A stretch of 62,875 bases of DNA, taken from NCBI GenBank assembly GCA_964547875.1, contig CAZJPE010000004.1, positions 30,598 through 93,472 on the forward strand, read 5' to 3'. This document shows, piece after piece, positions 30,252-38,564 of the stretch. Source of the stretch: Candidatus Woesearchaeota archaeon (GTDB lineage: Archaea > Nanobdellota > Nanobdellia > Pacearchaeales > GW2011-AR1). The translations under genes were made by a program, and so were the position numbers. The notes below the pieces were generated by a model, which saw only the letters and a list, made by a program, of their open reading frames with translations, was not told where the DNA came from and made no database searches. Each line of letters starts with the position of its first letter. Positions within the stretch are counted from its first letter, which is position 1.

Positions 30252-30689
30252 GTCTCTTCATGAGAAAATAGGATTTAAATTGTTTGTTATGTTGTAATGC
30301 CTTATAGTATGCTCTTTAGGATAATGAAATAATTATATAATATAGCGACTTTCATATTGCCGTCATCTTTAGTTGGACTTTGATAATGATTAACAGAACA
30401 TATTAACACTAATTAATTTTTTAGAGGATACATAACATTAATTTTAATCTTCTATTTCGCTGGCAGAATTTTGAACGCCTTTTTCAGCGTTTGACAGCTG
30501 ATTGGAAAGAGCAGGATTTTCTTTTATTTTTTTCTTTATGTCGTTTAGCGCATATTCTTCAACTTTTTTTGAGATTGACAAAGACTCTTTTTTTACTCTC
30601 TTTTTCATGATTTATTGTAGATATGAGGGTATTTAAGATTTTTTGTTTTAGATTTTAATCTATTCTTGGAATATAGGGAATCTTGGCAA

Positions 30690-31820
30690 CTAGGAAGATT
30701 CGCCATATTCTATCGCGAATCTCAAGATAGCTCCAACGCCTTTTGTGAGATTATAGAACTGCTCGCCGTCCTGGTTTTCTGTGGATATTATAATTACTTC
30801 TGAACCTGTATTATTTGCCATTTTTTCCAATGAATCTCTTTCTTTTTTTTCCAGTTTTACTGAAATTAAAAGAATTTCTACTGCGCCTCTCTCAAGGGCT
30901 GTCTTGACCTTTTCAAGCCCGTATGCTGCTTTTTCCCTATGCTTACCGAGGGTCTCAAAGAATTTTTCCAGGATATTTTTTTCTTTGATAAGCTCCTGCT
31001 CCGATATGTCTCTTTGGGATTCTTCTACAAGTAACTCTAGGCCGTGCTCGTCCACATAGCCGACGTCTTTTACTGCAATCACCTTTTCTTTTAATTGCGT
31101 TACTAGATTGCCTTCTTCCAGGAATTCATCTTTTGTCGGGACAGGGCCGCCGACAAGGATTCCTTTTAGCCTTGGCATGTCAAAGAAAACTTTTTTCATT
31201 TCGTCTGAGACTCTGCGGAAAAATTCCTTTGCCAATCCTTCTGTAATCCTATGAAATCTTTGAGAAGATTGTCCGCCTGCCCTTACTTTTCCTGGAACAC
31301 CTGAAGTTAATTTCGTTATTGTTTTTATCTGTTTGCCCTCCAGCATGCCAATTGTTGCCTGCTGTCGGTCTATTACTAAAAGTCCATATATTTCCCTTGA
31401 TTCCAGCATTTCTTTTAAGGGAGCTATGGCGAATGTCTGATCGCAGTGATACAATCTTACGTTTAATGGATATGGAGGCTCGTAGACCCAGAGTTCTATG
31501 TCTTGGACGCCTTCTTTTTTTGAAATATTGCCGCAGAAAATTGCTAAGCCATTAGCAGGAGTTTGCTTGTAATTTTTTAATTCTCTTATTATTCTTTCAA
31601 GGGAGTTTTCAACTGCTGTTCTTGTCGGCTTTGATTTTATGTTCGCTGCTGTTGATTTTTCGTATTCTAATTGTCTTGTTACTGTTGAGAGATTAAAGCC
31701 TGCTGGTATCATTACTGTTACTAGTTCTGTATGTCTGCCTCTTATGCTTCCAAGCAGGTTTATGAGTTCTTCTAATTCTTGCTTTTGCTTGCCTGTGATT
31801 TCTATTGTTTCTGTTGGCAT
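30690..31820 (-). CDS. prf1: Peptide chain release factor aRF1
   Basis: NIKS, YHCD and GGQS motifs. Confidence 0.97.
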   Translation of the reverse strand: MPTETIEITGKQKQELEELINLLGSIRGRHTELVTVMIPAGFNLSTVTRQLEYEKSTAANIKSKPTRTAVENSLERIIRELKNYKQTPANGLAIFCGNISKKEGVQDIELWVYEPPYPLNVRLYHCDQTFAIAPLKEMLESREIYGLLVIDRQQATIGMLEGKQIKTITKLTSGVPGKVRAGGQSSQRFHRITEGLAKEFFRRVSDEMKKVFFDMPRLKGILVGGPVPTKDEFLEEGNLVTQLKEKVIAVKDVGYVDEHGLELLVEESQRDISEQELIKEKNILEKFFETLGKHREKAAYGLEKVKTALERGAVEILLISVKLEKKERDSLEKMANNTGSEVIIISTENQDGEQFYNLTKGVGAILRFAIEYGESS

Positions 31821-31890
31821 GTTTGGAGAAAAGAAGAAAGGTTAATAAATCTGAGGGTTTTTTAATTACTTGGAGATATTTAATTGAATA

Positions 31891-32004
31891 TATGAAGATA
31901 TTAAAGAAACAATAGATATACTTTAAGATATAGATTTGATATCTCAAATTATAGAAAGTGAAGAGAAAATTAAAGAAGAAGATGTGAGGGAATTTGCATA
32001 TTAG
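31891..32004 (+). pseudogene. Antitoxin-like remnant with in-frame TAA
   Basis: YEDIKETIDIL*DIDLISQIIESEEKIKEEDVREFAY resembles the ET.EIL.D C-terminus of RelB/YefM-like antitoxins. Confidence 0.35.
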
Positions 32005-32028
32005 TATATTATTATCTTAATCTCATAT

Positions 32029-34362
32029 TCATACAAACTCAACCTTAAACTCGCCTTTTTTGACTTCTTTAGCGTTGGAGACTGCGATTAAATCGTGCAT
32101 AACATTCAAAAATACTTTTATTTCTTCTTCTGGCAATGTTAGGATAATCCGCGCGTTCATTGGCTTTTTAGCTTCTGATTTTGCCTGGCGAATTTTTAAG
32201 ATTATTCCTATTAATTTATCCCATGTTTCTTGATCTGATTTTGTTTCTTTTATTTTTATTTGAATTGGCCAGCTTGCGAGATGTATTGACTTATCTTTTT
32301 CATATTTTTTGAAATATTCCTGATATAGATATTCTGTTATAAAAGGAGTTATCGGAGCGAATAGTTTTATTATTGTTAACAATGAGTTGTAGAGTGTATA
32401 GAATGCAGATGCTTTCTCTTGCTCATTGCCATTATAAACGCGGTTTTTTATAATTTCTATGTAATTGTCTGCCAGTGCGTGCCAGAAAAAATTATCTGTT
32501 TCTGATTTTGCTTTTGAGTAGTTATAATTATTGAACGCGCCTGTTGATGATTTTATTAAATTGTTTAGCTGCGCGATAAATATCCTGTCTGTTTCTATTA
32601 ATTTTGGCTTTTTTTCTTGGCGTTTCAGATTTAGAAAAACAAATTTTGTCGCGTTCATGATTTTTGTTATGAACTTTTTTCCCGTGATTATGTCTTTTTC
32701 CTGATAGTCTAAATCTTCCCCTAATTTGCTTCTCGCTGCCCAGAATCTTAAAGAATCTGCGCCATATTTTTGCATTACTTCTTGAGGGCTTATAACATTT
32801 CCCTTGCTTTTTGTCATTTTTTCGCCTTCAAGAGTGACGAAGCCTGAAATTGTTATATCATTCCATGGAATTTTATTTTCATGTAAATAAGATTTTACAA
32901 TTGTGTAAAAAGCCCAGGTTCTTATTATGTCATGAGCCTGCGGTCTTAGAGAATAGGGAATTTTTATTTTGTTGTTTACTAATGAAGATGCTATTTGAGG
33001 GGTTAATGAGGATGTTGTCCATGTATCAAGGATTTTTGTTTCCGGAATTGCGTGAGATTTGCATTTTGGGCAGTTCTTTTTGGTTTGTTGCGGGTCTATT
33101 GGAAGCTCTGATTTATTTGCGAGAATTATTTCATTGCATTTTTCGCAATACCATATTGGAATTGGAATGCCGAAATGCCTGTCTCTTGAGATGCTCCAAT
33201 CCCATTCTAAGCCCTTTATCCAGTTTTCATAGCGTTTGAACATGTATTCTGGATGCCATTTTATTTTTTTCCCTTGTTGTATTAATTCTTGTTTTTTATC
33301 AAGTATTTTTATAAACCATTGCTCAACAGGGAGAAATTCTATTTCTGTCTGGCATTTATCATGCACATTAACATCATGCTCTATTGTTTTTTGACTGATA
33401 ATTAGATTTTTTGCTTTCAACTCTTCAAGGATTTTTTTTCTTGCTTCTTTTATTGCTGTATTTTGATATTCTTTGACTGTCAATTTCCCTTCTTTGTTAA
33501 TTATTATTTTTTCTGGCAGTTTATGGCGTTTTATTGCGTCTACATCGTATTTGTCTCCATATGAGCAAACCATTAGAACTCCGGTTCCTTTTTCCATGTC
33601 TGCTGATTCATCGGCTATTATTGGAACTTCGTAGTTGAATAAAGGAACTAATACTTTTTTTCCTATTAGATGCTTGTATCTTTTGTCTTGTGGGTTAACA
33701 AATACCGCAACGCACGCTCCTAAAAGTTCAGGCCTCGTTGTAGCAATAGGAAGTTCTTGAGCTTGAACTTTAAATCTCAATGTTGCAAATTGTGTTGTTT
33801 TCTCTCTGTCCTCTAATTCGGCTTGTGCAACAGGCGTCTGACATTCAGGGCAATAGATAGTTGGAAACTTATCCTTATATATCAATCCTTTTTTATATAG
33901 TTGGATAAAAGATTCTTGAGATATTTTCTGAGATAGCTTATCTATTGTTGAATAATATAAATTAAAATCGCTGCTTATTCCAATGCTTTTCCAGTCTTGG
34001 ATAAATTGAGGAGTAATGTCTTTTAATGTTTTGAGGCATAGAGAGGTGAAGTCAGAACGAGACATTGATTTGCTTTTTACATTTTTCAGTTTTTCAACAA
34101 GTCTTTCTGTCGGCAAGCCGTTGTCATCTGTGCCAAATGGATAGAAAACATTATAGCCCATCATTCTTTTATATCGAGCAATAAAATCCTGCTGCGAATA
34201 TGAGAATGCATGGCCTATGTGCATCTTGCCCGAGACAGTTGGGGGAGGAGTGTCTATAGAATAAATTTTCTTTTTTGAATTTGAATTAAATCTGTAGATT
34301 TTTTCTTTTTCCCAGAACCCAAAGATTTTTGATTCTATTTCTTGGATGCTTATTTCTTTCAT
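32029..34362 (-). CDS. valS: Valyl-tRNA synthetase, archaeal type
   Basis: DTPPPTVSGKMHIGH, RPQAHDIIRTW, KMTKS. Confidence 0.96.
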   Translation of the reverse strand: MKEISIQEIESKIFGFWEKEKIYRFNSNSKKKIYSIDTPPPTVSGKMHIGHAFSYSQQDFIARYKRMMGYNVFYPFGTDDNGLPTERLVEKLKNVKSKSMSRSDFTSLCLKTLKDITPQFIQDWKSIGISSDFNLYYSTIDKLSQKISQESFIQLYKKGLIYKDKFPTIYCPECQTPVAQAELEDREKTTQFATLRFKVQAQELPIATTRPELLGACVAVFVNPQDKRYKHLIGKKVLVPLFNYEVPIIADESADMEKGTGVLMVCSYGDKYDVDAIKRHKLPEKIIINKEGKLTVKEYQNTAIKEARKKILEELKAKNLIISQKTIEHDVNVHDKCQTEIEFLPVEQWFIKILDKKQELIQQGKKIKWHPEYMFKRYENWIKGLEWDWSISRDRHFGIPIPIWYCEKCNEIILANKSELPIDPQQTKKNCPKCKSHAIPETKILDTWTTSSLTPQIASSLVNNKIKIPYSLRPQAHDIIRTWAFYTIVKSYLHENKIPWNDITISGFVTLEGEKMTKSKGNVISPQEVMQKYGADSLRFWAARSKLGEDLDYQEKDIITGKKFITKIMNATKFVFLNLKRQEKKPKLIETDRIFIAQLNNLIKSSTGAFNNYNYSKAKSETDNFFWHALADNYIEIIKNRVYNGNEQEKASAFYTLYNSLLTIIKLFAPITPFITEYLYQEYFKKYEKDKSIHLASWPIQIKIKETKSDQETWDKLIGIILKIRQAKSEAKKPMNARIILTLPEEEIKVFLNVMHDLIAVSNAKEVKKGEFKVEFV

Positions 34363-34496
34363 ATTTTTAATAAGGAGATAAGGGTTATAAAGATTCCTTT
34401 AAAACTTTTTGTCTTTTATGGTTTGGATTTTAGATAATGTAAAATCTAAGTATATGAAGAAATAATAAAAGAGGTTTGTGTTTAAAGAAGTATATT

Positions 34497-34934
34497 TTAT
34501 TTTCTGTATCTTTCTATGATCATTTTTGCATCTTGTTCGGATAAATCTATTTGTATAACTTTTTTTAAACCGTCTTCACTGTAATCAACCGCTGCCTGAC
34601 GTCCGCGATTAAACCAACTATCATTTATATCAACAGAAACTGCCCAATTATCATATTCTACTGGCAGAGTTCTTTTGAAACCTGCAACTTCCATAAATGA
34701 TTTATAGTCTATTCCAAAACCATCAAGAGCATCTTCTAAGTTCTCCCTTCTCAAATCTCGCATCTCATTTTCAGTTCTGATTATATGTGAAATGGCTGAC
34801 GAACTGTATCTTCCGGAGGGGAATGTTGAATATTTTGATCTTGGAATTGTTAAAACTCCTATCGATGCGACTAGAGGCATAGCTAACAATGGAACAATGT
34901 ATGCTGGAAATTTTCTCTTGTCGTCAGTTTTCAT
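34497..34934 (-). CDS. Hypothetical protein with N-terminal TM
   Basis: 145 aa ORF. Confidence 0.6.
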   Translation of the reverse strand: MKTDDKRKFPAYIVPLLAMPLVASIGVLTIPRSKYSTFPSGRYSSSAISHIIRTENEMRDLRRENLEDALDGFGIDYKSFMEVAGFKRTLPVEYDNWAVSVDINDSWFNRGRQAAVDYSEDGLKKVIQIDLSEQDAKMIIERYRK

Positions 34935-35113
34935 TTTAATCTCCTTATTAACAAGAATATATCTATATTTTATAAATCTTTTGGTTATTCGCTACTTTAA
35001 AGATACAGCTTTAAAAATTCTAAATATTGCTTAAAATCAAATAGGGATAATAAAATAACAAAATTTAAATAGTAGAAATTACTAAAGATATTAACTAAAA
35101 ATATTAATCTAAC

Positions 35114-35371
35114 ATGGGGATCACAAAGATAACGAGAAATTATCAAATAACCTTACCTAAGGATATAAGAAAGATGATTAGTCTAAAAGAAGGAGATGAG
35201 ATAATGTTTATTGTAGAGGATGATAAAGTAAGCCTTACAAAAGTAGAAAACGATGTAATACGAAGGACTGCAGGTATTTGGGGAGACATAGGTGAAACAG
35301 GAGCAGAATATCAAAAGAGAATTAGAAAGGGGTGGAGCAGAAGATTGAGAAAGCAACATGCAACTCATTGA
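35114..35371 (+). CDS. AbrB-type antitoxin
   Basis: TKITRNYQITLPKDIR...LKEGD. Confidence 0.9.
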   Translation: MGITKITRNYQITLPKDIRKMISLKEGDEIMFIVEDDKVSLTKVENDVIRRTAGIWGDIGETGAEYQKRIRKGWSRRLRKQHATH

Positions 35372-35732
35372 TACAAATATTTTTATTGATCATTTTAGAG
35401 GCTACAAGCCCGCAACAATTTTCCTTGAATCATTAGATAAAGATGATATAATTTTTTCTGCCATAACTGAAGCAGAAATTATCGCAGGAAAACAATGTTC
35501 AGAAGAAAAGAAAAAAAGAGAGATATTGGAATTTCTTATGAGATGGCAGAAGAAAGAGGTCAATAATCAGATTGCGATTAAGGCAGGAGATTTAACTCGT
35601 GAATATGGCATGGAGCTTGCAGATGCTTTTGTCGCAGCCACAGCTATTCTTTATGATACTGAACTTTTAACAAGAAATGTTAAAGACTTTAGCAATATTC
35701 CTAATTTGATAGTTAGAGATCCTTTTCAATAA
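35358..35732 (+). CDS. vapC: VapC/PIN toxin
   Basis: IDTNIFID, SAITEAE, LADAFVAATA, LLTRNVKDF. Confidence 0.92.
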   Translation: MQLIDTNIFIDHFRGYKPATIFLESLDKDDIIFSAITEAEIIAGKQCSEEKKKREILEFLMRWQKKEVNNQIAIKAGDLTREYGMELADAFVAATAILYDTELLTRNVKDFSNIPNLIVRDPFQ

Positions 35733-35764
35733 GGTTAAAAAAATATTGGGGTTTTGATATAATT

Positions 35765-36382
35765 ATGGGCAAGAGAAAGGAGTTTATTAGGATTTTCAAA
35801 AAAGCAGAGAAGAAATACGGCAGAGGCACGAAAAGGCTTGCTGGAGAGGGTTGGGACGCCGATTGGAAATTATTAATCGCGACTATTATGTCTGCTCAAT
35901 CGCGGGATGAGATGACTATAGAGATTGCGGAGAAATTGTTTAAGAGATATAATAGTTTTGATAAGTTGGCTAAAGCGGAGTATTCTGATGTCTTTGGGAT
36001 TTTTGCGAGCTTGAATTATAATAAGACCAAAGCAAGAAATGTTATTGCTGCCGCTGGGATGATTACCAAAGATTTTAATGGAAAAGTGCCAGATAGAATT
36101 GATTTATTGACTAAGATTCCCGGAGTTGGGAGGAAAACTGCTAATTTGATGCTGACAGAGCTGCACGAGAAGGACGCTATAACCGTTGACACGCATGTAC
36201 ATAGAATTGCTAATGTTTTAGGGTTTGTAAAGACAAAGAATCCGCATGAAACTGAAATTGCCTTGCAAAAGATTGCTCCTAGAAAATATTGGAGCAGGAT
36301 TAATAGGATTTTTGTTTTGTGGGGGAAGGATATTTATGGGAGAGATAGGAATAGATTGCTTAGGAAACTTGATGAGAAATAG
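35765..36382 (+). CDS. nth: Endonuclease III (HhH-GPD) lacking the 4Fe-4S cysteine motif
   Basis: IMSAQ, IPGVGRKTAN, VDTHVHRI; no cysteines. Confidence 0.9.
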   Translation: MGKRKEFIRIFKKAEKKYGRGTKRLAGEGWDADWKLLIATIMSAQSRDEMTIEIAEKLFKRYNSFDKLAKAEYSDVFGIFASLNYNKTKARNVIAAAGMITKDFNGKVPDRIDLLTKIPGVGRKTANLMLTELHEKDAITVDTHVHRIANVLGFVKTKNPHETEIALQKIAPRKYWSRINRIFVLWGKDIYGRDRNRLLRKLDEK

Positions 36383-36662
36383 CATGATTTATCATAATAA
36401 TCTTTATGATAATTGATTATGTTTGATAGTTATGCATTATGACTTATCTTATCAGGAAAGGGTTTTATTGGCTGCTTTTAGGATTTCTATGGAAAGCAGC
36501 GTCAAAAGAGGATATTTTTCACATCCTTTTATTGTAGTTAGCGGAGAGAGTATATTGGGAAGTGACAGCGATTTAGTTAGAGAATTATACAATATTGAGA
36601 TTAATTTAAGAACAACCTTGACGAATAGATAGTTTTTTATATTATAATACTTTATGATAATT

Positions 36663-36827
36663 ATGGCGGAAAATAAGGTACATATGCCCGGGGGATTTGG
36701 CGGGCTTATGAGGTATGACGAAGAGTATCATAGCAAGTTTATGCTTAGCCCTGGGCAAGTTGTTGGATTTGTTGTGTTAGTTATTGTTTTTGTTTTGGCT
36801 TTGAAATTGCTTTGGCCTATTGGCTAG
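36663..36827 (+). CDS. secG: Preprotein translocase subunit Sec61-beta
   Basis: Not in ORF track; MAENKVHMPGGFGGLMRYDEE.SKFMLSP followed by a TM, 54 aa. Confidence 0.88.
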   Translation: MAENKVHMPGGFGGLMRYDEEYHSKFMLSPGQVVGFVVLVIVFVLALKLLWPIG

Positions 36828-36918
36828 GGTCGAGTTGGAGATTAAGCGTTTAATTTTTTACTTATAACGATGAAGATTGTGCTATAATATTTAAATAATC
36901 TTTATCTCTAAGAAAATT

Positions 36919-37047
36919 ATGGCTTTAGACTTTAACGATTTTGTGAAATATAAGGAATTTTACGGAAGAAATATTGATCAAATGCCTTTGCTTATAGCAG
37001 AAGGCAGAACACCTATTTCTGTAGCGTGCGTTATGGAGCAAAGATGA
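36919..37047 (+). CDS. 42-aa ORF, possibly a truncated hypothetical
   Basis: MALDFNDFVKYKEFYGRNIDQMPLLIAEGRTPISVACVMEQR; TATA upstream; ATGA overlap with next gene. Confidence 0.4.
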   Translation: MALDFNDFVKYKEFYGRNIDQMPLLIAEGRTPISVACVMEQR

Positions 37048-37459
37048 AAATTTATTTTTGTGGAGCAATAAGAGGAGGAAGAGAGAATAAAGAAATGTAT
37101 TATAAGATTATTAGACATATGAGGAATTATGGGGCGGTTTTAACAGAAGAAGTGGGAGATGATGGCCTAATTGAATTGACAAATAAAGAGTTAAGCGATC
37201 CTGATATTTATACGCGAGATATGACATGGCTTGCTGATTCAGATGTTGCTGTTGCAGAGGTTTCTACTCCGAGTTTGGGGTTGGATATGAATTGAGATTT
37301 ATTGAAGAATTAAGAAAAAGACATTTACTTCTTTATAGAGAAAATAGTGGTAGAAGGTTATCTGCTATGATTTCGGGAAATAAATTTTTTAATATAAGAA
37401 ATTATAAAAACTTGGAAGAAGCATTAAGTCATATTGATGAATTTATGAAAGGTTTATAA
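37044..37459 (+). pseudogene. Nucleoside 2-deoxyribosyltransferase / DNPH1(Rcl)-like glycosidase with a frameshift near 37280
   Basis: MKIYFCGAIRGGR...AEVSTPSLG, shift, VGYEL...RLSAMISGN; adding one G restores the conserved SLGVGYE. Confidence 0.85.
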
Positions 37460-37481
37460 ATTTTGATTGCTCTTAAGTGTT

Positions 37482-37811
37482 ATGAATCCTACGGAGAGAA
37501 TAGAGGTGAGGAAGATTTATGTGGGAAAGGCAGCCTTATTTGGCTTGCTTTTCGGTCTGATTATTGGGATAATTGTCGGAGTGTTTCTTTTTGTTAGGAT
37601 TTTATTAGGAGTTGAGAGCGTTAGCATTTTTGGGAGGATAGTTGAGACTAATATGCTAATAGGTTTTTTTCTTTTAATTGGAAGCGTAATCTTCTATTCA
37701 ATTGCAATTTGTATTGCATTAGCAGTTTGCGCTTTTTTGTATAATTTAATTGCTAGCATTGGGGGAATGCTGCATATTGGGTTGGCCGAACATAGAGAGG
37801 AAATTGTTTGA
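37482..37811 (+). CDS. Membrane protein (DUF3566-like)
   Basis: Two long TMs, LYNLIA..GG. Confidence 0.65.
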   Translation: MNPTERIEVRKIYVGKAALFGLLFGLIIGIIVGVFLFVRILLGVESVSIFGRIVETNMLIGFFLLIGSVIFYSIAICIALAVCAFLYNLIASIGGMLHIGLAEHREEIV

Positions 37812-37881
37812 TAATTTTACTTCATGATAACGTCGCGCTTATCTGAAGTTCTTCGCCACTCTTAATTTTATCAAAACGCTC

Positions 37882-37989
37882 AAAATAAAAGGCAAATATT
37901 ATAATCAAAAAAATATTGGAAGGGCTACAATTGAAGTCGTTTACGAGAAAGATAAATATATAAAGGTGGTGACGTTATATTACATATGA
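37882..37989 (+). pseudogene. C-terminal remnant of a DUF4258-like toxin
   Basis: KGKYYNQKNIGRATIEVVYEKDKYIKVVTLYYI*; ATGA overlap with DUF2283 gene; no ATG start. Confidence 0.5.
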
Positions 37990-38195
37990 AAATCACATTT
38001 GATAAAGAAGCAGATGCAGTATATATTGAATTCTCTGGCGGAGAATTTGCATCAAATAAAAAAATAGACAATGATACTATTATTGACTTAGATAAAAATG
38101 GAAATATTCTAGGAATTGAGCTATTAAGTGTGAGTGAAAGAATTCCTAAAAACTTTCTATCAAGTGTGCAAGTAGAAAATCTTGTTTCTCAATAG
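37986..38195 (+). CDS. DUF2283 family protein (putative antitoxin)
   Basis: FDKEADAVYI...DLDKNGNILGIELL. Confidence 0.9.
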   Translation: MKITFDKEADAVYIEFSGGEFASNKKIDNDTIIDLDKNGNILGIELLSVSERIPKNFLSSVQVENLVSQ

Positions 38196-38325
38196 TTTTT
38201 CGCACCTTCCCTTTTATTATTCAAAATCGAAGATTTTGGCAATTTTAGGGGTGGGTGGTTGGTGGTTTAGAGCATTCACAATTACAGATAACTAATATTA
38301 AATAGCTAGTTATTCTGGGTTCTAT

Positions 38326-38559
38326 GTGGCGGACCTTAATTATAAGATAAGCTTTAATACAGAAAATTTAAAGAGAGATATTGCAGATAGACTTGGAGCT
38401 ATTTTAAGGGACAAATCTTTTGAAGAAAGATACAAAATAGCTGATAAAACGATAGATGCTCTTTTGGAATTAGGGAATTATGCTATTTATTATGGGATGG
38501 TTGAATATGGACTTAAAATTATCATGAATAGGTTTGTAACAAATGACGAAGAGGCATAA
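38326..38559 (+). CDS. Hypothetical protein
   Basis: 77 aa, GTG start. Confidence 0.45.
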   Translation: MADLNYKISFNTENLKRDIADRLGAILRDKSFEERYKIADKTIDALLELGNYAIYYGMVEYGLKIIMNRFVTNDEEA

Positions 38560-38564
38560 TAAAA

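Noticed and set aside
30290-30608. 55-aa minus-strand ORF and possible decayed toxin-antitoxin remnant
   Set aside because: No recognisable motif; downstream frames are full of stops
11680-37285. A shared programmed -1 ribosomal frameshift signal
   Set aside because: The sites differ and mostly lack an in-phase X-XXY-YYZ heptamer; no common downstream structure seen
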